NCBI GenBank assembly: GCA_049724395.1
Contig: JAUGWO010000102.1
Location: forward strand, 248,001 to 312,000
Direction: 5' to 3'
Source: Spongospora subterranea f. sp. subterranea
Taxonomy: Eukaryota
DNA length: 64,000 nt
Each line of letters starts with the position of its first letter. Position 1 is the stretch's first letter. The notes beneath the pieces are model-generated. The model saw nothing but the letters and a program-made list of their open reading frames with translations. It did not search any database and was not told the origin of the DNA. Of the stretch, positions 41,456 through 55,539 are shown piece by piece. Made by a program: the position numbers and the translations under genes.

Positions 41456-43170
41456 TTAGAGCCAAGAGCGTATTGCTCGAGTGAGCAAGCGTATTGGCAT
41501 TGTGATCCGTCTGTTGGTGTTGAACGTCTCATTGGTGATTGGCGCCATATAGTTCCCGACATTATCCAACTCTTGGGTCATCTTCTAAGTATATCAATTA
41601 AGAAACATTGAACATCAAAAATAAAACAGACGAACTTGTCGCAAATCTTCATCAGATGTCATCAAATAAAATTGACATTCCAGATCTTTCTCCAGAGACC
41701 GGTATCCAAAATTTGAGCTCCCTAAAACAGATAAAAAGGGGGCGGTATTCGAGCTGGGGCGTATCCAGATCCCCTTTTGATGGTAACTCCAACCATGACG
41801 TGAGTATTCCATTAAGGAAACCTTGTTCACCCTATTTTCTCTGTTTGAAAACAAACCGCGAAAGTTTAATTATCAAACTGGACTACCTGTTCTTTTGAGA
41901 TAAAAATCGTTGTTCAATGGCAGAGTACACGTGCGGAACAAACTTTAAGACACCTTGGGCATTGAAAAATGCATTCGCCATGGGAGATGCAGTTAGAATT
42001 GTGGAGTCGCCTACATATTGTGGTCGTAAGTGACAAAACAAAATTTCAAGATTCTGTGATTACAAGTTTTTAAATGTTCCTCAAGGGAGGAAACCGGGTT
42101 AAAGTACCCAGAAGCAAGAGTTAATGAACATTCTTTCACAGAAATAGATCGTAAAACAGAAAAAAGAGCGAGCTCGTCTAATCGGACGTTAATACAGCCT
42201 AACTGAATAGCCGGGAATATCCACGTGTTGGACCCGCGGCTGCTGCGCGCCTGTAGAAAACCAGATAAAATTCAGATAAAAAAGAAGCACAATCACTGGA
42301 TAACTAAACTGTACATATGCACTTGATATCCCTGGAAGATTTTGAAGCGAGAGCGGGTTTACTGGTGGCGAAAGAGCTGTTTCACCGTAAACATAGGAGA
42401 ACGACGCGTTGCCGATGCATGCAACTAATTCGTGAACATAGTTGGCCAAATGACGGTCTGTTATTTGATAATAACGATCCTGGCGATTTGTAAAATATGA
42501 TCTGCTGAGGTTGGCTCCAGATATGATGACAGTATCATCGAATACGTATAGCTTTGTGTGCTGAACACCGATCACTTCTTTTATCCGTTCGCCGAGTAAG
42601 TTGTGATAAGGAGAGAATAGCGGGCTTCGATAAAGGTGCAGGCGGAAGCGAGGAGACCGATCAGCGACAAGCTGGAACTGTCGTCAGACCGGGTTTCGGG
42701 ATATTCAAAATGACCACTCGAACCGGTTCTAAGCATGTGAAAGAATTTCGCAAATTGGGATCGCGTCGTTGTGCTCGATGATAATCTAATACAAAATTGA
42801 TCGCCAAACTCGGGGTTTTATGGATCTGAAAACGCAACCTTTGCACCTATTGATCCTGTGGTATCAGGGTCGAATAACAATGATGTCAAAGATGATTACC
42901 AATGCAGACTCCTGGTCGTCAACGCCGAGATATAGCGACGACAAAGATATTCGGTCTTTCGAGTGCGATATCAGTTCCTACACCAAAGACAACACTTCCA
43001 AATTGGCTTTGGACATGATATAGCCGCTTTTCTGATACCAATAAACTTTGGTAGAAATCCTCAGGGCTCTTCAAGACGGCAACCTTGTCAGGATCAAGTG
43101 GGAACGGTGACAAGCTGTTCCCTTCCAGCAATTGTTTAATATGGTTGACATGGTCAGCCGTAACCTGCAT
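41456..43170 (-). CDS. PGS1: Phosphatidylglycerophosphate synthase (PLD superfamily), multi-exon
   Basis: VLKSPEDFY, IGVQHTKLYVFDDTVIISGANLSRSYFTNRQDRY, LASGYFN, WSYHQKGIW, GSSNFGYRSLEKDLECQ. Confidence 0.92.
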
Positions 43171-43477
43171 CGCCCCTGAAACTTGACGGAATATTGCCAA
43201 TGTCCGTCACGACAAATACAGTTGACAGAGGCAACAGACCCAAATGCCGTTTGAGTTTGAGGGGTCGCTGATGCATCGAATTATCTCAAAATCAAGCTAT
43301 GCGTCTACCGTGGGAAACAGTGTCAAAGCCATTGGTGAGCTCGTAATGGGTTTATTCACCAGAATTCGACTAACTGGAAGAGTTTGTGAGACGACGGCTT
43401 CGGGCACCCTCCCTGAACCGGTCGCTGTAAAAATCAGATACAAATCAGGGTTCGAACTCGAACGGTGTGTCATCAAA

Positions 43478-43642
43478 TTACGCATCGGCGGCGCTGAGGT
43501 CTAACTCAACATCCCTCTTCTTGGGTGCGAACGAACTGAATGACACGTACGACAATCCAATGACTCCGATGGTACCGAACGCGACTCGAACATTCTCGGA
43601 GCGACAAAATGCAGTAAACCTCGTGCTCGAGAATAAATACAT
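43478..43642 (-). CDS. Possible 54-aa single-TM microprotein
   Basis: MYLFSSTRFTAFCRSENVRVAFGTIGVIGLSYVSFSSFAPKKRDVE; plausible composition only. Confidence 0.25.
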   Translation of the reverse strand: MYLFSSTRFTAFCRSENVRVAFGTIGVIGLSYVSFSSFAPKKRDVELDLSAADA

Positions 43643-44038
43643 TATGAGAAAGGGAAGAGGGGTAACGATGTTGAAGTTGGACTGATCTTGGACTGTGTAA
43701 CACAATAGACGGAACGGACTATCAGAGTGTGGTACTGTAGTACTGTACTCACTGTGGCACGTGTAACACATTTGCGGATACAGTTCGGGGAAGAAACGTG
43801 CTGGCCGGGACGATGTCCATTAAATTAACGGGAACCAATGGGCTTCAATTGGCATTGTTCGAGGGGTAAACCATACGCCTGTTGCAATGATATAGGGTTT
43901 CTTGTTTATTTGATCGCCTGGGTATTGAACGGAAAATCATATGGCCGTTTCGGATGAAAGGACGCGGGAAAATGCCAAGCGTACTGGAGGAAGGAGACGC
44001 TTCGCATGTGCTGCAGGATTGAGCAGCTCCTCCACGCC

Positions 44039-44059
44039 ATATATATATATATATATATA
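44039..44059. repeat. (AT)n microsatellite
   Basis: atatatatatatatatatata. Confidence 0.9.
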
Positions 44060-44573
44060 AACTGCAAGGCGATTGCGAATTTCATGCCTGAAAACCGGAA
44101 CGGGTCTACGGATCACGGCGGTCGCGCAGCTAATCAGGAACTGGAGACGAGAGCGAGCGAATTGCGAGAGATCCCCATGGGCGGCGCCGCTCAATACAGT
44201 GATGATGAACGCCCATCGTCACTGAACGGTCAGCCATCCATGATGCAGGTAATGCTCAGCAGCGTCACCGATGACCTATCTGGCCTACTCGGCGACCATA
44301 TCCATCATCCATGTTGGGTAATCGCTTGATCTGTTGTCAACGCTGCCCGGTGTACTGATTTAAATCGGCAATAACAGAACCCTAATTCCGAATTGGGAAA
44401 ACGAATTGAGACAGGCCTCGTCGAGGTATTCATTCACCTGTTTTCGGCGGTCAACCTTTGTCCATGTAGTTCTTGTCTGTACAGTTGCTATGTGGATTTG
44501 CGAATAGACATTTCAACTCATCCTCAGATAATGGTTCAATTTTGCGTCGATCATTTTCTTCGTCTATCTAAGA

Positions 44574-44969
44574 ATGTCATTAGAATCGCAGCAAATGCAA
44601 ACCAATCCTGAACCATCTGGTCGGAAGAAGCAGAAGATTACTCGGAAGAAGAAGACGATGGGAGAGATAATGTCGATTGGAGCTGGTTATGATAACATGA
44701 GCAAAGGTCGCGGCGACGAACGACCCGGCAGTTTTGCCAGATATTCCCCGTGCGAGATTTTACCTGAAACTTTGATGCAGTATCGCGATATCTATAAAGT
44801 CAGCACGTCTCTTAGCCGAGCAGGGATGTGCGCCGGGCTCTTACATCCGGCCAACGCCGATCAGAAGTTCGACTGGCGTAAACTTCCTTCAATGCTTAAT
44901 CTCGATCCGTTGGCGTGCGCTAATAGACAAGATACAATGAAGGTCATCTCTTCATTGGCCCGGTCATAA
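44574..44969 (+). CDS. Hypothetical nuclear protein, weak resemblance to a SAP30 Sin3-binding segment; possible upstream exon at 44084-44248
   Basis: Basic RKKQKITRKKK; ILPETLMQYRDIYKV resembles SAP30 LQVNTLRRYKRHFKL. Confidence 0.35.
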   Translation: MSLESQQMQTNPEPSGRKKQKITRKKKTMGEIMSIGAGYDNMSKGRGDERPGSFARYSPCEILPETLMQYRDIYKVSTSLSRAGMCAGLLHPANADQKFDWRKLPSMLNLDPLACANRQDTMKVISSLARS

Positions 44970-45059
44970 TCTAAATATCACTCGCCCTCCACGTAAATTA
45001 AGTATTATGTCAACAAAAAATACCAAATAATTTGTGTATTCTGCGATATATTTTACAAT

Positions 45060-45435
45060 AGTTACTGGTTTTGTTGACGGATACGATCCAACTCTGCCGT
45101 CATGACTTCAAGCTTTTCTTTGGCCTTTTTACAAATAATGAACGTTAGCGGACACAGAAATCACTGCTACTTACATTGACTTGATGTTCTGTGATCGATT
45201 CGAGCAGGGAAGTATTCAGGTCGGAAGATTTCATCAATGAATTCTTGAAAGAATCTCGAACCATTTCATCAACGGCGGCCTTATGCGCTTCCGAGTCTCT
45301 ACGAATCTGTCCGGCCCTGGCCGATATGGCTTTATATTGCTCAATCCCCATCGATTGGAACTCGGTCCACGATGTCCATATCTCCATGAATGGTCTGGCG
45401 ACGGCCCGCCATGTTGACCTTGTTATGGACCCCAT
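45060..45435 (-). CDS. Hypothetical helical protein (ends approximate)
   Basis: MGSITRSTWRAVARPFMEIW... ORF with a GT-AG intron splicing in phase to AKEKLEVMTAELDRIRQ. Confidence 0.4.
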
Positions 45436-45637
45436 CGCCTGATTCCTCTTCTGGCTCGGCACTGCCCTGAACCGCGGCGATCTGGTCGCGAATGAGTGTC
45501 CCTCAAAACTACCCAGTTCTGAAAAAGAACATCGCGTCGCTGTATTATGACTTTTGAAAGCACCAATGCGGAAAGCGCCCAGTGATACATATGAAATATA
45601 ATATGTATTGAATTTACATTTCGAAAATCAGAAGCGA

Positions 45638-46343
<706 letters not shown>

Positions 46344-46857
46344 GATTTAGCGAGCCCGTGCGATCGGCGTTATGAATATCCCTATGTAATGAGCCAGGGA
46401 AGCTGCAGGTCAGGAGCGAGATGAATTCCACGAGACAGGCGCCCATACTGCTGGCTACGAGCCAGTCCTGAGGCCTGCCTGGTACATACAGATAGATCCG
46501 ATCAAAAAGAGGCTGCAAGATTCAGCACCCAAGGCAGGCAGAGTAGAGTTCTGGTTTTTGGATCGATGGCCGACGGCCAACACACCCACTAATCGATTAC
46601 GTTAGAATGTGAGTCGAAACTTAGTCCGCGATTCCGATTATTCCCCCGGGCATCTCGGGCGAAGTTTCTGGGGTCAACTACCCCAAGCGCCAATATCTAT
46701 TTTGACTTTCTTTTTGGATAATGTTTTAACTGAAGACTTTCAAACGGGAACGACAACACTCTGAACAGGTATTAAATGATAAATAATCACATCTGTGTAT
46801 TTAATATGAAATCAGTCCTATGATCGATTACTGATATAGATATATGAATCTCGCATT

Positions 46858-49800
46858 CTATAATGCCTGGAAAACCTTGGCCGCAAAGGATACTTGATTA
46901 TTCGCCCTACTGTATCCATCGGATTCGTTAACCGTAATCATGACGTTAGATAACGTCCTGCTCATTCGATTAAATTGCACCAGAACCGGAGAAATAGATA
47001 ACGGCTGATCTTCATCAGAGGACAGCGTCAGATGTGCAATAAACCGAGGCTCCACCGGGACGACTTTCCAGCAGACTCGTTGTTGCTCTGTATCAAACAT
47101 ACAAGAAGGTGGTGAAGCTGAAACCAGTTCCAAAACACGTCCAGGAGGAGTCATCGCAACCAGTAAAGAAATGGAATCCACGTCAGATCCTGGTGAAACA
47201 GATATCAACAAACAGTCAAACTGTATATAGGTTTTATCAACAACCTTCAACGTCAATAACTAGATGAACATCAGTCTTGGAAATCATATGATTAGTCGTG
47301 ACTCTAATCGGAAACAAAGCAGGATCCATGTCTAGAGAGTACCTCAAGACGGGAACGGACGCGGTATTGGCAGCAATATTGGTACTGTACATGTAATCCC
47401 CAATCTCTTCTACAGCTTTAGCGTTGGCCATAACCTCCGCTGTTAGGATAAAACGTAATGAATGGAATGCAATTGAAACAAGAAGAACCTCCCTACCCAG
47501 TTGGTCATCACTAGAGAGGCTAAAGCTAACAACAACATCATGTTGTTGAGGTGGATCGACAAACAATGTCACCATACCAACAACATTGAGGTCTGAAACA
47601 TTTCCTGAGCGCATATTGCATGACACCGTTTCCGACACGTTGGCACAAACTACAGCTTTTGATTCCATGCCCTGATGAAAAATTAAATCCAAACAAAAAA
47701 ACACGAGGGTCATTATCACCTTCGCAGCCGTGGGCGAAACCACTTTTGAGGTTTCAGGCGCACCCACTTCAGGGCTGGCGGTGTCGGGAGGAGTAATAGA
47801 AGATTCGCTGTCAACATGCCTGCTGGAAGCCTTAGCGGTTTTCTTCTTCTTTTTCTTCTCTGAGACTGCGGGCCTTGGCTTCGATGTTGAAGCTGTGGGA
47901 GGTTTATCGAAATTGATAACCGCTCTTGAAAGCTCCTCAGTCGTTGCCTCTACCTGTACGAAAAGCATATGAAATTGATACAACCACCGACCCATTTCAA
48001 AATACGGCTTCATTCTTGGGCTTAATCACAATTGGGTTAACGGAATGATGGGTGGCGTCCAGAGCATCGTCATCGCTATTATCGTGGTCACCTTCTACAG
48101 GGCGGGTTCCATCAGCGTCCTTTCGAATTATATAGCTATGCGTTGAAAGACTAAGCGTTGAATTACTACGCACAATAGGCACGTACCCATCTTGATCATA
48201 CTGAACATCGTCAGATTGCACGTTTTTTTTCACTGTCGACATTGATCTTGAATCGTTAGGCTGACCTTCCTCCTCTGTAATATTAGTATCGACGGAAGGG
48301 TAACGGGCTGACAATCTCGGGACGACCGATAACCGATTCTGCGAGAAAGATCCACCCTGCGATAAACGACTTCTATTTGAACCCAATTCTGCTGGCCTGA
48401 TTGAGCCGAATAAACATTAATAAGAATATAACACAAGTCATTGGCATACTTGGTTTGAATCATCAGAATATACTGAATATACGTGAGACGGGCTTCCTTC
48501 TCCTTGTATGGCTGCTTGCTTGAAACAACGAAGTTTAGTCCCCGTACAGTCAAAACAATCAGATCACGCGAGGCAGGTGAGGCGGCCAGCAAGTCAAACG
48601 GAGGGATTTTTTCACTAATTTTCAAAGTGAACCTAAACAACTAAATAAAAATCACAAATTAAAAATAGTCCTGAAACCGACCTAGTATCATCCATAGAAG
48701 AACAAGAAACGACAACTGATGGGCTGTACGGTTCTTTAATGGTGGTAGTTTTGCCTTCCCGAACCTTCAATTTATCTTTAGTTAAAACTAACGATTTTGT
48801 CTGATATGCGAACGTATTAAAAACCATGAAATGCACGATGTTGTGACGAGCGAACCAACATTTTTTGTTGCAGAATCTGACAAATTTTTTATGCCGAATT
48901 CTATGTCTTTTTTCAGATGAAAATTTTCATGCAGTTGTTTGGCAAGCGATGCGGATAAAACAACAGGGCCTATTTCAGACGATACACTAAGCCCTGTTGC
49001 GTTAATCAAAACAACACGGATAACGCGCCCAAGATCATCCGCATTGACATTGTAAACGTCCGTTGATTTGCTCTCGATGACTGAACAAAGCAGCTGAATA
49101 AGCCAGTACGCACAACTAAGTGGAACGCACGTTGAAAAGCAGAAGATGCCGAAGAGGCACGATACCACTCATAAGCAACAACGTCACCGCAGTCATGAAA
49201 CCGAACACGTATTTCATCACCGACCTACAACCTGTTACTTACATAGCCCAATAAAATTAAAATCCTACTTCAGGCTCAGAATCATGGGGAGATTCGAAAT
49301 AGCATTGCATCTTCGATTGATCTAACTCCCGTTCCTGAATCGTCTTGACAGCAGTTTCAACAGCCTTTAATTTCTGCTCCGTATCGGCAATAACAGCTTG
49401 CTGCATTAGAGACAATTGATTTTTTTCAGCCTAAAATGTGGTTAATCTACAGATAAGGATTGAGGTAGCAACGCATACCCTTGTTTGTTCTAGTTGAGCT
49501 TGCAGTTGTACGTTCTTTGCTCGTTCGGCTGCCATTTCCTGTTCTGACTGCTTTAGCAAGGCAGAGGCCCTTAACATTTCCGCATCTTTCAAGGCAATTT
49601 GATGCTGTAAATTTTGCAGCTGGTCTGATTGCATGTGATGAAACTGGATCGCTTCGTTGTATTTAGCCATAAGTCTTTCAAAAACTTCTTTTTGTTGAGC
49701 CGATACAGCAAGGAATTTCTGTTTTTGCCGGTGCAACTCCTTTGATAATTGTCAGACTAAGATGAAACGAAGTCACACCAACATACCACTTCTTTTATGG

Positions 49801-50795
49801 AGTTAAATCTATCCACGAGGGACTTGAACTTGGATTTCTCGCTCTCTAAATCAGTCTTCGCAACGTTATACAGGGCATGTCACCTTGCCACAAGAAAACT
49901 AACCTGAAGCTTCAAAATTCTGCTGGGGTACTCATGATTTTCAACCTTTAACCTCTACATAACCGTCAAATACCCTCAAACAACTAGAATTGTGATGCAT
50001 ACAATTAATTCCTGCTCTTTCTGTTCAATCACGATCGTAAGCCTATTTTGCTCCTCCTGTGCTAGAACTAGAAACTGTACCAATTCTCAGTAAATTTCTG
50101 AACCGGCATCATCATACATACGCCTTTGAGCTCCTGTTGTGCTTGAAGCGCAGCTTCAAGCTGAGACTCATTTGTTGAACGAACAGCCTCTATTTCCATA
50201 GACCGAACACGCTGAATCTCTTTGGCTTGCTTGAGTTGCATGCGATAAAGGTTTGTAGATGTTTCCAATGCTTCAATTTCTTGTTGAGCCTGAATCAGAG
50301 CGGTTTTGAGACGCTCGATTTCCTGCAAAGCGTTTCCGTTTTCGGGAACAACAGAAACCGGAATCTGAACAGCATTGACAGAAAGGTCATCTCCAGCTTC
50401 GCTACCAGAATGTGGAGTGCCGTTAGAGGATGCAGCAACATCTTCTTCTTGCGTCCATTGTTCAACGGCATCCATTGCCGAATCGCAGTTAGTCACCGTA
50501 TCCTCATTGTCATTGTTTGAATCCTGGTCCTGAAACCAGTATCAGAATACCGAAACAGAGGCATCGACCTTGGCATTACCGGAACCATATTCCGGATATC
50601 GTTCAATGCGACCCACTGATCCATGGACTCCTCCTTCTCCGTTTTCTCAGTCCACTGGTCGACAACAGCCAAAGCCGAGTCATCCAGGGACGCGTCCATG
50701 TCGTTGGAGTTGATCGGCTGCGGCGCTGGCGCCGGACTTTCATTTCTGATCGACAGGATCGAAAGGATATCGCAATTCACAGTGGGATCGGACAT
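46858..50795 (-). CDS. Large protein: coiled coil + Ig-like + PH-like + disordered linker + muniscin-type mu-homology domain
   Basis: Heptad-rich exons (49.3-50.4 kb); YNVNADDLGRVIRV (AIR9/SCAB Ig-like); KLKVREGKTTTIKEPYS...SRDLIVLTVR (PH-like); ANVSETVSCNMRSGNVSDLNVVGMVTL, VLRYSL, VCWKV, PVLVQF (MHD). Confidence 0.65.
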
Positions 50796-51401
50796 ATCCG
50801 ATCAACACATCGACGATAATGAAATGGAGCGAGCGCGATGTGTTTGATGATATGGGATTTGATAAATGTGTATCTGTCTCAGACAGAAGAGTATTAGCAC
50901 ATCAGCCCCCGCTATAATACAGTGAAGATCGTGTCGAGCGACCCGTCGTCAGTGAGCTCAGGCTCTAGACCACCGGTGGCCGTTTAGTCCGTGTGCGAGT
51001 GGGCCTGTGAGTGCGGCCCCTTGTTCTGCGTGCCCGTATATACAGCGGTCGACTGCTGGTGGTCCCACCTGGTGACCGGCGTTGACGACCTTCAAAGGGG
51101 TATTCGGTCGGAAATCAGCAGCTCGCTACAAGTTGTATCTAGTGGGCTCCTTTTTTGGATCGATTTCAGATATCGTCGGAAGATATTCGCGAACGTCTGT
51201 CAATGAGGTTCGGGGCATCCAGTTGTAATACACGATATATGAATTCCGTCTGTTTGTCACCGTTCATCGTCTTCGAATTATAACCTTCGCCTTGCTATAT
51301 TGAAAAGGGCCATATTATCACCTTAAAAAAAATCGATCGTACATTATGATCAACGTCTTGTCAAGTACGTCAGTCCTGGCGAAATAACCCAGCGCCAAAT
51401 C

Positions 51402-54400
51402 ATGTCGTTCGATCGTAGGCGCCGGAAAATTGTTCAGGTTGGATTGTTGCCACCTCGATCACGATCCAAGCTCGATCAACATGGGCCGAATTCAGCCCGC
51501 GACCCCGACGACAAACGATCGCGATCCGCCGCCTCAGCTCGAATGGAAACTCCAATAACGGATCGCCCATCGAAGTTCAAACGCGATCAGTTGCTAGCGC
51601 GAATGCAGAAAACGGAGTCGTTCTGCCATCCGCGTCGGTCCATCATCAACGCCAAGAACAAGAAAGAGATCCTAGCGATCATAGCGCCATCATTACAAGA
51701 GGCTCAAGACGATCGTAACTAATTTTGCTTGCGGTTGTTGATTGATATTGATCGGATTTGTTGAATTGTTTTCAGTATCTGCTGATCCACAGTCCCCTGT
51801 TTTCAAATGGAGTCTACGAGAAATCGCTGGAATCATGCCCAAGCTTGGGAATGGGGTCGATGCTGACTCCCAGGTCCGAGTCCTTTCGGCTCGTCGAAAT
51901 TCATTTCATTACATCAAAGGGCGAGTGAACTTCGAAAGCCAGAGTCTGCAGGCGAATTTCGAGGGGATTCGATCTCGCCGATCTCTCGATGATGGCGAGG
52001 TCATAGTTGAGGATGGCGACGACGACGACGATGATGGTAATACGGCTAGGTCTTTTGAGGAACAGCCATCCGACCCACATCGTCAGATGCTGGCACTGAT
52101 CCGGTCGAGGCGCTTGCCGAGTCGATGGCGCAATTGCATCAATCGATAACAGCTCAACTCCATCAGGTATGGTCGCGTCATGGCACTCCATCAGAACCCA
52201 ATCACGCTAAGGGGTGATGGCAGATGCCTGCACTTCGAAGGGAACTCGATCTCAACTACGAGTTGCTGATGTCGTGTCCTCATCCAAAGGAGCAGGGGGC
52301 CAAAGATAAGGTTAGGATGCCATTCAAAACGATTACAATATTAACTTAATTCGGGTTTCGTCAACAGTTCGATCATTCATCAGATATGAACAAACTGTTC
52401 GAATCATTACGATTGCGAAGGTATAACCCCCCCCCCCCCCCCAATCGTTTATTCGTTCATAAAAAATCATTTTGACGGTTCAGCAAAGGCGACCATGGCA
52501 TTACCGATCCTCGACAGCTGAAGCGTCATCAGGATCTCATATCCCTCAATGAGGATATTGTAGTCGCCGTTAAAGATATAAACGCGTATCTGGCCGAGGT
52601 CAACCACCAAAACGGCAAGCAATCCGAGCTCAAACGATCAAGTCTTGATCCAGCTCGTTCCGTTGAACATATGATCCACATCAGCGAACTTTTCCGTCGC
52701 GCGTTGCGAACGGTAATGCAAAAGTTCTTCGGAATCCGAAAGATTTCCCGATCTGGAAAATTTAGGTTATGGAACACGATATCAATATTGCATGGGCCTT
52801 GGAGACGTGTTGGAAAGGTGCTACGCTAACTAATGAGGCGTGTTTGGCGAGAGAGACTGCGTTTATTCATCATGGTGAACGACAACTTTACCGCATCGCC
52901 CTATAATCGGATAACCGGATCCTGAATCGTGGCGTCTTGTAGTGAATAATCAACTGCAGAATGTAAACTATCGTAATATAGGAGGGAACAACCTATCGAA
53001 CGAGAGGTCTTCGGCAGTGGCCAAACTGCAAGACTCATTCGATAACGATGTGCTGAAGAAGAGGATGGAATCTTTACAGAATGGTAGGCAGTCATGAATA
53101 TGTCTGGATCATGGGATCATATGAAAACGAGGGATAACCGCCCCATACAGAACTATATGAGATGAAGAAGGAGAATATATCGTTGAGATCGCGGGTGAAG
53201 GCGAGCGAGCTTCTGACCAGGCAACGGCTTATCAGCCATTTATACCACGATGATGAGGACCCGAACCAACCACAGGTCCTGGCAATATTCCACCAACTCT
53301 GGTGTAGTCTTCTCATTAATTGAGTGTCAGAATCGGTCGGATGAGGCTAAACCATCATTCCAACACGGCGAGCCACAATATTTCCCTATTCACGTGCCCA
53401 CAACCGCTATCGTCTCTGGGCCTCGCTCCACTGGTCCCATCTCGGTAAGCAACATGTGATGTGTCCTGCATAGCACAAACGGGGATCACCAAATCACCAA
53501 TACAAAATATCATATCGTGTGTGTAGAGGAGATCGATTCGCTCAGAGAATACCACTCCTCGCCCCAGACAGGCCTCAATGGTCAACGAACAAGATGAACC
53601 CATCGACCATGAACGGGAGTTCTTCTCTGCCCGATCCATTGGTCTAGAGAGAATGTCCCTCCCGAGGTAATCTCTACCTGTCTATTTTCCAGCTCAATCG
53701 ATCGAATTGAGGGACAGTACGACGCTCTCTCCTGTCGCTGTCGATCTTGTCCTAGGTCGCGTTCCACAAGTTATCACCCATGCACTCAACGTCATCACCA
53801 GCTCCAAAGTAGGCCCAATCCTGGTTTCCAAACGACGCTCATATTCGCAACACGGCGATTCCCATTTCAGGAAATGATTCCTCCGTTGAGTCATACTGAA
53901 CTATATCGATTATCGATTGAGGCGTTGGTGGAATCGACTGCCTATTATGGATATACACCCGAGGCCATCGTAATAACTCAACAATAGTCGATCGCATAAG
54001 ACCGTTGACCGGCAACTGAATTGTTCTGCTCAGGTGCCATCGGTATCGACCCCAATCTTACAGTTTCCCGATTTCCTCTTGACCTTCTTCCAGCTCCGAT
54101 ACGGTACCAAGAAAGAGTCAGATGTACAAATGGGAAGGTGGTGAGATTACCTGATGGTTGGGCAGCAGAAATTTCAAATCGGTTTTCAGGTTCTGCTTCG
54201 AACTGCAGCAAATCCAACTTGAAGATATTCGGCCTAGTATATTTGGAACTCTGCCTTTATTGTCCATTATTGGAAAACTAGTAGGGTTGGCCAAATCCAA
54301 CCTACACAAGCAAGCGTTTAGCCTGATACTGTTCGGATTCGCTCAATGGCATTGTAATGAAAAGGTCAAGAAGGTTTGTGAATTGATGATCACGTGCGGT

Positions 54401-55518
54401 TTTTTTGGGGAAGATATCGATTTACTGGTTGGCCAGATCTATTTTGAAGCTCAAAGAGATTTGTTCGAAACAAAGGTCAATGGGTTAATGACTCAAACCG
54501 GCAACTCTGAGGAAGGAGAAAACCTCGAGCCGAAGGAAATCGGCTTCTTTGAAGAGGGACTTTTGATCCCATTGGACATAGCAGAAGATATCCTCCAGAA
54601 GACTCACAAGCATTTCCAACTGAAAACATCGATCGAGATTGGTCAGAGCCATCTGGAAGGGGAGACTGTACTTGCTGATGGATCAAAGTATGGCGTCTGA
54701 AATGGGGAAACGCCGTTCAACATCGCTGATTGGCTCGTGCGTATAGCATTGGACACAACCAGATGCACATCTTGCTGACGATGCATCACATTCATCGGGG
54801 GATCGAGATCCGAACACGGATCAAGGAGCTGAAAGTGGAAGACATCGAATCACTATTCCGTCGGTTTGATGCTAGGCGCTGGTATGCGCTCCGAATATCA
54901 AATCGATTGTTTGAACTGATCTGAATTTCCTGCTGATGCAGTGGTCGCATGCCGTTGTTGCAATTCATATCGTGCATTCGCAATCTACGGTGTGGTGTCT
55001 CCGATGATGAAATACATGCCATTGTTCGCCTGTTCGATACGAGTTCAAAACGATCTCAGGAAGTCGACTATAAGAAATTCGCCAAGTTCTTCAGCCCAGT
55101 CACTCTTTTTGTCTCGGTAGACACAAGTAAGCGAAATGGGAGCGGCGATCGTCTTCAATTGTTGATATGTGGTTTTTGAATATTTGAGTGGTATCCTCCC
55201 TGATCACAATGTGGTCAAACGAAACAGCTACGAACGAATCAGAAGCTATGAGAAAATTCGTTTGTAATGATTTCAAGCAACGAATATCGGAGCTAAACGA
55301 GTTTACCGCCATCATCCAAAGCATGAAGCCAGGTAAAAAACTACAAATTAAGCGATAGTCGTGATTTGACTCAACTTGTCGAGATAGATATCACCGTTCA
55401 AGACGCGGCAATCTACTTTCAAGAATGCCTTGATATATCAGGGTCAAATTTCGTCACAAGAAGCACGTTTCTGGCAATGACCCGAACACATTGTCTATTC
55501 AATAATTTATCCCATTAA
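51402..55518 (+). CDS. Large hypothetical protein with C-terminal EF-hands, multi-exon (could be more than one gene)
   Basis: IESLFRRFDARR..., VSDDEIHAIVRLFDTSSKRSQEVDYKKF, FQECLDISGSNFVTRSTF; exons linked by GT-AG introns. Confidence 0.55.
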
Positions 55519-55539
55519 TATAACTGTATATAATCATTT

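Noticed and set aside
52427..52442. Poly-C run
   Set aside because: Simple intronic homopolymer.
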